Shown: positions 36,296 to 47,459 of the stretch, in pieces
Layout: each line of letters opens with the position of its first letter
How positions within the stretch are numbered: the first letter of the stretch is position 1
Assembly (NCBI GenBank): GCA_030295235.1
Contig: AP026167.1
Span: 930,001-979,037, forward strand
Length of the DNA stretch: 49,037 nucleotides
From: Fistulifera solaris
Taxonomy: Eukaryota
Reading direction: 5' to 3'
Made by a program: the position numbers and the translations under genes
The notes under the pieces: generated by a model
Seen by the model: the letters and a program-made list of their open reading frames with translations, nothing else
The model's database searches: none
Told to the model about the DNA's origin: nothing

Positions 36296-39200
36296 TTAAA
36301 AATTTGCAAAGATGTCTGCTTCTTCCTTCTTCAATTTGGGGAATCTCTTTTCGTCTTATCGTCGAGATGACTCCAATCTTCGAAATGTGAACCATCCAAA
36401 GGATCAGTGATTTCGGGGATGTACGGCGGTTCGATCTCATAGCCGCGCAACATGTCAAAATCAATATCACCGAACCATTCGTGATTAAGAATATCATCCT
36501 CAGCCCCAGCCAAACTTCCCAATCTCTGACTCGGATTTCTGGTAAGAAGACAGTGGATGATATCCGAGCAAGCTTCACTGCATAGGTCGCTGTCCAAATT
36601 GAACGAGCCTTTCACTATTGCGCGGAACAAATCCATTTTCTGCATTCCGGAACGATAAAACGGCGTCCCCCCGGTGATCATTTCATAAAATAGAACGCCC
36701 ATACTCCAGTGGTCCGCCCCCAATTATGACCGCGGTTGAGAATCTAAAATCGACGCATTGTGAATTATGAGAGCACCTCTTCGTTCTCGTTAGTAACATC
36801 TTCGTGCACTTACCACTTCAGGCGCCAAATAAAGCGGAGTTCCGCAAAGTGTGTACGTTTTGTCCGTTACACATTTTGCAAATCCGACTGAATGTATCAA
36901 ATGCATGATTGAGGGATTGAACGCAAGTGTGAGCGCTTCGTACGCCAAAAACATTGAGCAAGAAAAACGTACAATCGATAATTACCGGATACCCATGCGC
37001 ATTGATCAGTACGTTTTCTGTGTCGATGAGAGAGAAGTTTGAGTAAAAGAAGGAACATAAAGCAATGCAAAACCAACCGATCAATTGTTTCATACCTGGT
37101 TTAAGATCACGATAGACGAAGCCACGTTTGTGCATAAACACTAGTCCCTCCGAGATCCCAGCACCGTAAAAGCGAGCTTGGTCTTCCGGAAGAGAATCGT
37201 GATCATCAGTGTGAATAACGTTGTATAGTTCTCCACCTTGAATAAGTTCCATAACCATGTATACAAAACTTTCATCCTGATAAGAATTGACCAAGCGAAT
37301 CAAGAAAGGATGACGCAACGTCGCCATGATGTTCTTTTCCTGCACGACAGCTTTCGCTTGCCCGTCCTGAATGAGTTCGTACTTGGATTGAACTTTGAGT
37401 GCATAGGGTACTCTCTCACCATGGGAGTTCCGAGAGACAAGCCAAACCTGCCCAAATGTTCCGGCACCGAGAATTTTGTGGCGTTTGAGCTCCTTTTCGG
37501 AGACGGCGCGATCAATTAAGCTGTCTTTTATAGATAATTCCGACTTTCCAAGCGACTGCGTATCCAGAATCTTCCGGCAATCCTCTAAAGTCAAGACCCC
37601 AAGTGTAGAGTCCGCAATGATTTGAGCTGTGGAGATAGGCACCGTCTTTGTAGATTTCATCATTTTTGAATCACCAAGCTTTGCGTCTACAAGTAGTTGC
37701 TCCTCTCCGAAGCAATCGCCTGCAACTTTTATAACGACCTCGTCATCCATTTGGATTTGAACCTTCCCTTCACGAACAAAATACATCGCAGCCTGCGCGG
37801 GCACATTTTTTACAAATATGCTCTCCCCTGATTTGAACTTCTTTTCTTTGATCAATTTTGCAAGAGACAGTAACGTTTGCTCATCAAGGTTCGATTCTTG
37901 GATTAACGGAATCTCTTGTAACGTTTTCTGTTCTTGAGCCCGAAGAATCAACTTACTCAGTTTTCCGAGAACGCGTTCGAATGTTGCCTTGTCGATGCGA
38001 AAGGCGAGCCCATCGGTGAGCGCGACAACGTCGGCCGTATGGGGCTCTCCAGACACGAGAGACTTTTCACCAAAGAAATCTCCAGCTTTCATGATCGTCG
38101 ATTCGATGTTCGTAGCCTTTAACTCACCCATACTCACGACAAAGAAACTATCACCTGAATCTCCCTTTTTCACCAAGAAATCGTCTTTTCGAAAACGAAC
38201 AGGGACCATGACACGCGAAAGTTTGTTATGTTCGTGGTGCGATAATGTCTCTAGGAAAGATACCCCAGTCAGCAAAGATATCTTCTCTCCTTGTGACTTT
38301 TCCGTTAAAGTTTTTAACAAATACCGGAAACAAGTCTGATCAACGCGGAACAACACAACGTCGTCCAAAGCTTTAACAGAAGCAGCGCGCGGACACGTAT
38401 AGAGCAAAGCCAGTTCACCGAACGACACACCAGGCCCGGCTGTTCCAACCTGCTTGTCATTAATCACGAATTCAATCTCACCTTGCAAAACTGTGTAAAA
38501 ATAGTCTCCGTCGTCGCCTTGGTTGATGATTGCATCAGTAGCTTTAAACGAAACTTTCTCGAATGCGTCAATTAAGGGATTGAAGTCACTTAACGATTCA
38601 AAGACAAAGTTACCCCTTAAGGCGGTTTCAATGCAAGCTCTTTCGTCTTCTGTCTTTTCGTGGTACGGCGGCTTGTAACTATCTTTGAAGTTCAAAGGTA
38701 TGGCGAAGATATTCTTGACGTGGTGTGCTCCTTCATTCATCTTGTCTCCGATTGGACGAAGCAGCTGAAGCGCTAGCCCCGGGTCTAAGAATCTATTTCC
38801 CACCACGGACAGACGCCGAAGGGCATCATCCATCCCTCGTTTTGCACCTTTCCCTACAGTTTTAACGCCTTTGACTGCGGTTTCACCAATTTTTGCGCTC
38901 CCTTTTGAACGCCGTGAACAGCTGTCGTTCCAACGTTTACGGCTGTAGTGCCGACGTTTGCAGTTGTTTCACCGATTTTCTGGGCCCCTTTGATTGCATG
39001 ATCGCTCATTTTCTGAACACCTTGTACAGCAGTTGTACCGACGCTGACAGTGACATCGACGCTCTTCTGAACTCCTTTTACGGCTCCTTTTATCGCATGA
39101 TCACTCACTTTTTGAACATTTTTCCCAGCAGTTTGCACACCTTTTCCTACTTGCTGTGCGCTTTTAACGATCGGGGCCGTAATAGAAGCCTTCCGTCCTT

Positions 39201-39333
39201 CGTGACGCGGGCTTCCGGAAACATTCGCACTTGGGACGTTGGGGACATTCGCATCCGTATTGGCTTCAGGAATTGCCCTTGTTGATGTTGCTGCGGCGGG
39301 ATCCGCGACGGCTCTTGAAGAGCTACAACCCAT
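36296..39333 (-). CDS. Cyclic-nucleotide-dependent protein kinase (PKG-like architecture: three cNMP-binding domains plus AGC kinase)
   Basis: MGCSSS start, three cNMP domains (FGELALL, FFGEKSL, CFGEEQL), kinase [41 protein letters not shown]. Introns 37095-37018, 36972-36888, 36813-36744. AGC tail ending ..ADIFANF*. Frameshifts at ~38880, ~36720, ~36350. Confidence 0.9.
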
Positions 39334-40033
39334 TGTAAAGACAGCGAGCAATTAGGTACTTTAATCAATACAATTAAGATCTCATCAATACGTGTTATGT
39401 TGCCTGGCACGAGACAACGTCGCCAACAAAATGCGAAAAAGATTGTCCATCCGATCTTTCTCATGGTGTCGTACTGTTACCGCCACCGACCTTTCGACCA
39501 GCGTCGATTTGATTGGACGACAAAAGCCTCAGAGACAAGAGACACGTCGCAATCTACAGTTTGGGACTGAAACAAATATGTTAGTCGTGAACAGAGGGAG
39601 AATTTAGGCTGCCATCATTGAATGACAATCAATTACGAAACGCAGTTTGCAAAAAATTGAATGATTCATTTCTAGGGTATGTTAATAAGATGGCTTTCTA
39701 TAATCACTCTATGAAGAATGTACCGGCGTTCCTTGCGTGGCTTTCGGAAAGCAATTTCCGTATGCGACGCTCAGTTCTGGGACTGGAAAAATGAATTGAG
39801 TCGAACAAGAAAAACTACTCTGCTAAGTTTGACTGGTTGCTTTCCATGACCGGTTCATCGCTGTAACATCGAAAAGGGTCCACATCCTTTGTGCGATTGC
39901 TTCTAATTGATACTCAGTAACAGATAAAATATATTAAGCATACTTAAAAAGCGAGATCTAGGTTGCCCACATAAAAGAATCACAGTGCGATCATAGTAAG
40001 GTCACGCTAGTGGTCGTAACAGCCACAATTAGA

Positions 40034-40828
40034 TCAAGTTCTGATGGAATGAGATGCCAAGAGACAAGGAACAAGCTGCTGTACCCAGTAATAAAGGGAA
40101 TCCGGCGAACGAGAAGATTTTTCCAGCACGGATAGTGTATTTCGATCTTTTCTTGCTAGTATACTGCCGCGTCCTTTCCGATTTAGATCCAAATAAAACA
40201 GCTGTCGATCCGATGGCATATAAGTCGTGTCTGACATGATGTAAGCGAGCTCATTTTTAGCTTCCGCCACCTCGTAAAGATAACGCCACGCCATGGATGA
40301 AATACACGGATTTCGCCTTAGACTCAGGAACTGAACGTTTGACGAAAAAGAGAGAAGACCAGGAATCAAACCTTTAACAAAATGTTCGTCTCCTAGATTC
40401 CAGTTCCAGAGGGTAACTTCAATTAAATTGCACGACAGTTCTAAGAAGCGCCGTAACGTTTCCGGCTTGACAAGCGGACGGCGAAGATGGTGGTCTTCGT
40501 CGTCCCAAGTTCGAACTGATGAGTCAAAGCATTGAAGATGAGGTACCATTGCAATCATTTGCAGAAGCGGATCAAGGTAGAAATCAGGATAGTCCGCGGG
40601 TAGTTCTATATCGTACAATGTAATTGATTGAAGGGTGTCTTGTTTTCTTTGTATCTCGTTGATGATTGCGGCGACGCCGTTTAACGGCAAGCCGTACTTG
40701 CGATAGAAAGTTGAGTCAGGGTGCATCGATCCCTTGTTGTACTGGTTCGTTGCGCATGTTGCTGGTGCTTTACGATAGAATGAAAGCAACTCATCTTGCG
40801 TACGGACCCGTTTTTGTTGATGATTCAT
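40034..40828 (-). CDS. Hypothetical protein with RNI-like leucine-rich repeats
   Basis: Uninterrupted 264-aa ORF with LxxLxL patterns (LQSITLYDIEL, LIEVTLWNWNLGD, VQFLSLRRN) and a C-terminal YLDLNRKGR..LYYWV motif of a type common in diatom LRR proteins. Confidence 0.55.
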   Translation of the reverse strand: MNHQQKRVRTQDELLSFYRKAPATCATNQYNKGSMHPDSTFYRKYGLPLNGVAAIINEIQRKQDTLQSITLYDIELPADYPDFYLDPLLQMIAMVPHLQCFDSSVRTWDDEDHHLRRPLVKPETLRRFLELSCNLIEVTLWNWNLGDEHFVKGLIPGLLSFSSNVQFLSLRRNPCISSMAWRYLYEVAEAKNELAYIMSDTTYMPSDRQLFYLDLNRKGRGSILARKDRNTLSVLEKSSRSPDSLYYWVQQLVPCLLASHSIRT

Positions 40829-41264
40829 TCTTCCTTGATATTTACTGTCGCTTCTGCCGTCGACAAAGTTGGACCACGCTAAGCAATTTCAACGTCGATG
40901 ATAAATTAATGAAAGAAAGGTCACTTTTTGTAATGATGATGATGATTCCTTAAAGTTAACTTTTGACGTTCGATTGACGTTCGATGTTCGATTAGCAATG
41001 CTTCTCAAGTCTCATTCTTTTGAAACCAAAATGTATCGCTCCGGTATCTATTACATCCTACATGTACTCATTATTCTATAATTTTCATTCTACGACGTTG
41101 TTTCGGACGCTTACGTGTTCATCGCCCTCCTGCAAACTCATCGAAACAAAGATAAATAACAACTTTATCAGCCTCTGTTAGAGAGACTAAAAACAATTCA
41201 TTCTCCCTCTTCCGTCACTTACGTAGTATTGTGAATTATTGCGTTACAATATCCTGTTTCTAAG

Positions 41265-41973
41265 ATGAAGTTTGCGTTGCCCGCTGCGTTTTTTCTTGTC
41301 AATGCACGTGCATTTGTGATTCCGAATAGTCTCCCGTCTCGTGGCTCTTCGTTGCAAGTCTTTGATCGTTTATTCTCCACTAACACGAACAGCCAATATC
41401 CAGTCATCGCGGATGAAAGTGTTATGAGTAAGAAAGCACATGGAACTTCTGAAAAATCGGTGCAGAAAGATCTACGCTGGAATTGTGATTATGACACGGC
41501 CGATCGCAGTAAGTTGATGTCATTTGCAATACATTTCATCTTTATTTATCGTTTTCTGTAGCCTCAATCGCGTTAACTCACTCTTTCTTGTTTTTTCGTT
41601 CAAACAGTTTGCAACCTCAATCGGCACTATGCCGAATTCGCTGGTTACTGGACAACAACTACGTTTCTCGATTATTGCAAAGAAGCAGCTGCTGCCGGAG
41701 AACTCCCTATTAAATTTTACGACTCTGTCACTGGAGAGCTTCTTTTCACGGCTCCTGTGAATCGATCCCTAGAAGACTTTTTTGAAAGAATCGCAAAAGC
41801 ACGGATGGCCCAGTTTCCGCGACGAGGAAGTCAATTGGAATTGTGTTCGATGCTTGCGAGATGGTGAATGCGTGAGTACGACTGGAACCCACCTAGGACA
41901 CAATATTCCTGATAAATCAGGTAATCGTTACTGCATCAATTTGGTGAGCGTTGCCGGTCAGCCGGAAGTATAA
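41265..41973 (+). CDS. msrB: Methionine-R-sulfoxide reductase (MsrB/SelR-like), probably plastid-targeted
   Basis: Signal peptide with ARA|F cleavage motif and transit-like segment; KAHGT; intron 41509-41607; FYDSVTGELLF, HGWPSF, HLGH, RYCIN. Extra T in the run at ~41778-41783. Confidence 0.8.
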
Positions 41974-42428
41974 GACGTCAAGTTATCATAAAGATGCCCT
42001 AATCGTGATGTGACGAAACAAATGATGGGTGTACCATTCATCAATTGGCTAGGGAAACTGTTATTAGGTGCTTCATTGTTGACATGTAGAAACCCATACC
42101 TAAAAAATATATGACCATCTTGGCTTCCCATTTGCACGGTTACCGTCTAAGTTAGTGGATGCTACGAGGAGACGACTCTCCACTATGAAACCTGGCGGAA
42201 CGTAATTTAAATCGAAATGGTCATGCAAAACCAGTAATGCCACTGCCTCTACTTTGCTACAAAACTTCTTACTGACTTTTGACCAGTCGACTAGGGATTG
42301 CAACCAGTGTCAAAGGAACCATGGATCAGATCGATCACTCATAAACAAATATATTCAGAGATCGTTGTTCCCAACAAGGAGCTGGACCTCTACCAACATC
42401 AGGTAATAGCGGAGAATTCATCAGTTTC

Positions 42429-43439
42429 TTATCGACCTCCAGTGATTTGTTGACGCAGCTGTAGAATCGATTGTTGCTTATCTGTGGGAAGCTGTTGAAT
42501 CTGCTGCGGAGTCAAGCTCATGACTTGTTGCACCAAAGCAGGATCTAGGACTCCGCTAGTAGCAAGAGGCTGAATTTGTGGCGGTGGAGGTGGCGGAGGA
42601 CGGGACCGAGGATCGGCTCTAGGATCTGTTCTAGCCGCCAGTCTTGGATCCGCGCGACGAGGATCGACTGGAGCGGTAGCCTGACGAGGATCACGATTCA
42701 CAGCAGGTGCACGAGGATCTACCGGAGCATTCGTGACCTGTCGTGGATCGCGTGGTGGTGCTTGCGCAGTGGGTGCGGGTGCTATCGGAGGAGCTGGAAC
42801 TGCTGTTCCCAAAATGGGCGCAACAGTTGTGACGGGCGTTTTGACCATATCCAACTTGCTCATGCAGAATAAAATTGCCTCGGGTAGCTGCGGATGACTT
42901 GCGAGCAGACGACGTGCTTCTTCGGCATCTAGTTCTTTCAGTTTTGCGACAACGTCGTACATTTCTGCTTTACTCATCGCCTTTAGTGCATCAGCGACAG
43001 CACTAGTCCCTGGCGTAGGCGCTGCATTTGTTCCGACTTGTTGATTTTGCTGCTGGCGCTTCGCTTGAGACAGATCCATGCCCAACTTTCCAGCCAAATC
43101 TTCCAGATGCGACGAATTACTGAAATTGACGCGAAGACGACGCCCGTTAAGCTCGTAATCATTCATATTACGAATAGCTGACAAAGCAGCCTGCGCGTCT
43201 TGAAATTCAACAAATGCAAAACCGCGTGGTTTTCCCGTATCAACATCGGTGACGAGCCTGACATTAATAACACGACCAATATCGCTAAATGCTTGATGTA
43301 ATTGCTCCTCCGTTGTATTGAATGCGAGATTTCCGACGAAAATGTCGTTCTTTGGACCGGAAGAAGCTGCTGCGGCTGGATTTGCTGTAAACATAGGAGG
43401 GGCCGGAGGCGGAGGAACTGCAGCGTTTGAGGACCACAT
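42429..43439 (-). CDS. CSTF2: Cleavage stimulation factor 64 kDa subunit (CstF-64/Rna15)
   Basis: RRM (IFVGNL, KPRGFAFVEF, AIRNMNDYELNGRRLRV), hinge (EARRLLASHPQL), Pro/DPR-rich region, C-terminal QQVMSLTPQQIQQLP..ILQLRQQI. Confidence 0.9.
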   Translation of the reverse strand: MWSSNAAVPPPPAPPMFTANPAAAASSGPKNDIFVGNLAFNTTEEQLHQAFSDIGRVINVRLVTDVDTGKPRGFAFVEFQDAQAALSAIRNMNDYELNGRRLRVNFSNSSHLEDLAGKLGMDLSQAKRQQQNQQVGTNAAPTPGTSAVADALKAMSKAEMYDVVAKLKELDAEEARRLLASHPQLPEAILFCMSKLDMVKTPVTTVAPILGTAVPAPPIAPAPTAQAPPRDPRQVTNAPVDPRAPAVNRDPRQATAPVDPRRADPRLAARTDPRADPRSRPPPPPPPQIQPLATSGVLDPALVQQVMSLTPQQIQQLPTDKQQSILQLRQQITGGR

Positions 43440-44566
43440 GGTATGATTTTAGCAAGATATTGTACTAGAGACGTTAGTAAAATTGAATGGCAGGGTAATT
43501 CGAATCACTTTATCGAAAGATTGCTATAGTCTTCATCGTCGATTGTCATGGTGTTGCGGAGCGGTTACGGTTTACGGTTACGGCGAAAACGTACATTAAA
43601 AAAGAAAGCCGAGACATTACTCTGTTTGTGTCTGTCCGCGCTGCGTCTATAAATTTTTGGTTAGCACCCAAAGGAGTACCGGTACCGGTACCGGTATAAT
43701 ACTCCGAGTAATATTTTATGTAATACTCCTTTGTAGATCCCGCCGTCAATTGATCATACGTAGTAGCGTAGGTTGCCCCAAGCAAAAGCAAGAGAGCCGC
43801 GGTGAAATCGTTCTGGCTTGATGAACATTGAGGGATCTTGTTTTGGCAATTGCATTACTCCAAAGAGAGAGTTATATTATTGGATGATCACGGAGAAAGC
43901 GGAGCGTGAACCTCTAATTTACGAAAACCATGATGGGGAACAATTCATGCAACCAGAGTTGTAGGCGTATCTGCCATTGCGATTGCATGTATGACTGCAG
44001 TACTGGGGACCGGAACAGCATCTAGCGTCTGCTCTCAAAGCAGGTTGCTGTGGTCGGTTTCGGTGCTTTGCGAAGACTAATGACTCCGTTTATCCAAGGA
44101 GAAAGAACGGCCGAGCCGCTACTGCTTCTTTCGTGCCAAATTTTAATGCACTCCAGTTGCAAACAAAAGCGATCTGTATACGTATCTAATAAAGACCCTG
44201 AACGAAAAAATTATGAAAGTAGTTAAGTAGTCGATATCGAATATCGACTGGTTGTTTACAAAGCATGTTCGAAAGGGGACCCTTTATGGACAACGCTAGG
44301 CCGACTTCTCTTCGCAACAAAGTACAAAACGGACAACAAGACTACTCTAGTAAGTAAATAGATAACACTTGTAGAAAGACAGGTTATATCTAAAAACGAT
44401 CATCATCTAATTCTTCTACGGACAGAGTTCGTTAACTACCAGGTACTCCATCCAGAACACACACACACACGCTCACGCCCGCAAGTTCGTTTCTGCGTCC
44501 ATGGAGTATCACAACTTTCTTTCACATTGACAAACAAATATACTGTATCAGAGAGCTCTTGTTTTC

Positions 44567-45425
44567 TTAAGCCTTCATTTCGTGTTCGGACGATGCCACA
44601 GAAGCGCTTGACTTGCCTTGCACAGCATCTGTCTCGGCGGCGGCAGCCTCGGGTTTCATGACGCCAAAGATTTGTTGGCAAGTAACAGCGGCCACAGCAG
44701 CCCCAACGAACGGAGCTGTGTAGTACACCCACCAACCGTCGGTGCCGACTTCATCACCCAAACCACCCAAGGCCGCAACCACGTGGGGTCCGAACGAGCG
44801 AGCAGGGTTGATGCCACATCCTGTCAAGGGGACCAAGAGCAAGTGAGCCAGCATAACGCTCCAGCCAATGGCGATGGGGGCCAGATTGCCAGCGATGGAC
44901 TTGGAGCTGACGGCCGTCATCAGGACCGTCCAGACAAGAATGATAGTTCCCATCATCTCACCCAAAAGGCGGATCCCTGGGAATAACTTGGATGAACCGT
45001 GTTGATACCAAGGCCAAAAGGAGGATCAGAGAGTACGGTGCTCTCGTAGGTACCCCAAACAATCGCAGCGCCTAAAACTGCACCCGAGCACTGGGCTGCA
45101 AGGTAGGCACCGAACTCGAACAAGTTAAAGTCGCCTAGAACGACAAAGGCGAAGGTAACGGCGGGATTAATGTGACCGCCCGACACAGGGGCGATCGTGT
45201 AAGCGAGAACCGAGATGGCGAAGCCAAAGGCCAAGGCAATGGCAACGAGAAGGCCACTATCGTTCGCCGCCCCGTCCGCACTGTTGCGATCATTCAGTGT
45301 TTGGCCTGAAACAGCCACGCCGCATCCAGTGAACACAAAAGTGCAGTCGCGACAAACTCAGCTGCCAAAGCACGGCTGTCTGCGCGCTTCGATCCGAAAA
45401 GATCGTACTTGTTGCTTTCAGACAT
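44567..45425 (-). CDS. Aquaporin / major intrinsic protein
   Basis: AEFVAT, SGGHINPAVT and GCGINPARSFG (two NPA boxes), WVYYTAPFVGA. Two frameshifts at ~45340 and ~44965, both in homopolymers. Confidence 0.93.
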
Positions 45426-45984
45426 GGTGTGTATCTTTTGGGAGTTTTTTCCTTGCAAGATTTGTGACACCTTCATTTTCTTCACGATCTTTCCTTCTTC
45501 ACTCGTTGAAATCACTAGAGAGTCTACCTGTTTGACGTACGCTCTACGCATCTTAGGAAAGATTTTTCCGCCCTAACGATTCATTGAAAAATTCTGAGTA
45601 CAGTAAACGCTATACACTTTGATAAAAAAGATCTAATAAATGGTACGGGGTTCGGGTTCTATCGTTTGAACAAGAGGAAAAGGTAGGTTTTCAAGCGAAC
45701 ACCGAATACTTGAGAATAAAGATTATGCACTTAAATCTTTAATTCGAAGGCAACTGTCGACAGTAGTATATTTGGGGAGGGTCGCAGAGTCGTAGGAAGA
45801 AACATGGAAAGCAAGAATAAAGTCACTTTTTTCACTTGAATCTTTAGTACTGAAATTTCGAGCGAAAACTAGCTTTTAGTGAGAACATTTAAATATTTAA
45901 ATCTTGAGTCTGGACAGTAGAAAGGCGAGCGTCTGACTTGTTGACAAGGAATGCCTATGATTACTGTAGCTAGGATCAAAAATC

Positions 45985-46456
45985 AAAAGATGGACAGGAA
46001 AGTGTTCTCAATAGACAAGTATTAAGTAATGAGAACTGAGTAACTGAGCGCTGAGCGCTGAGCGTGAATGGAATCAATAATCAATTAAGAAATGCCGTGA
46101 GCCATGGCCTTTAAGATGTAATTAAAGACAGAACATGAAGAACAATCTGAAGGCACAAAGTGTACAAAACCGTCGACAGAAGAATGTTTGATGTAAGAGA
46201 AGAATGAAGTATCATCGTTAACAGAATGGTAAAGAAAAACGAATCAGGTCACTTTCTACTTTCAAGAAATCTAGGTTTCCATTGACTTGACTCACAAGGA
46301 ATGTAATTGATGATAAAGATATATTATAAGCATATTAACAGCTAAAGTAAAAGATGAGCAGGACGCAGTTCTCAATAGATGAGAACCAAGCGTAAATGGA
46401 ATCGATAATAGATTGCCATGATCCATAATCTTCTAAGAACAGAACGTAAAGAACAA
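45985..46456 (+). repeat. Diverged direct duplication (45985-46145 vs 46349-46456)
   Basis: Shared collinear blocks aaaagatg..cagga..gttctcaataga..tgagaac..agcgt.aatggaatc.ataat..tgcc.tga.ccat..taaga..acagaac.t.aagaacaa. Confidence 0.75.
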
Positions 46457-47459
46457 GAGAGGACATGTAGTGTACTGCATTCTGCCTCCCAACATTGCTT
46501 GAAAAGTAATGTTGCTTGAGATAGACATGTGACTTCTCCACTGCTGACGTCCACTTCACTGCCGTGAGAAATTTCACTTCTCACTTCACTTCACTGCCGA
46601 GCGAGAAGGGTTCACTCCCAAGTACTGTGTTTACGTGATTCTACGTAGAGAATGTGAGAAGTTCTGTACGTCGACGATGGTTTGCCATTTTCGTCCTTTT
46701 ACACGAAAATCGGGTCTTTTGGGTTTGGGTCGTCGCGGTTTGCGTTGTTTTATTGTGTCGTCTTCTCATCAACATCCATCGAACATCGAACAACGCCGGA
46801 GCTCAAGTACAAGAACAAAGCAACAAAGCGAGTTATATGTTATATGATTAATTATTGTTTATTGTAGTGGAATAAGTATAAACAGGCCACAGGAGACAGA
46901 GAGCAGCGTTACATCATCGATGAAATAGTCTATCATACATCTACTATGGTGAAAGCCCTGGTAAGTTCGTTGTCATGTATCATGTTGCCCGAAATTCATT
47001 CGCCTCTCTAGTCTCGAGTTGGCTCACGGCTTGTAGGAAAAGGAACAAGGAACACCAAGTTACTGAGAAGTCTGGACTTTCCACCTCAGTGATGCTATTG
47101 ACAATCAAGGAACTTTGTTCAAAGAAAAGTATTGAAAATTGCAATGAGTTTATTACTCCGTAACAGCTTATAGAATGAGTGATTGTGAATTGTGAATGGC
47201 GATCATCGCCAATCAATAATCAATCATCCATCATAAGCTAACACGATGACTCGTACTCTTCCCCCCACAGTATAGCCAGTGCGACCACGGGAGTGATTTC
47301 ACTTCCACTTCACTGCCAAGGGTTAAGCCCGCGGAAGTCACTTCACTGCAGCATAATTTTTGAGGGGAGTCACAAGTCTACTTGAGATAGATCAATGTAG
47401 ATAAGGTTTGACTCGTGGGATATTGATATGTTCTTGAACAGTGTCATTGAGTTGGATAG

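Noticed and set aside
11900..45400. Programmed ribosomal frameshifting or mass pseudogenisation as the explanation for split ORFs
   Set aside because: Shifts hit essential genes and often sit in homopolymers, so sequencing indel error is far more parsimonious.
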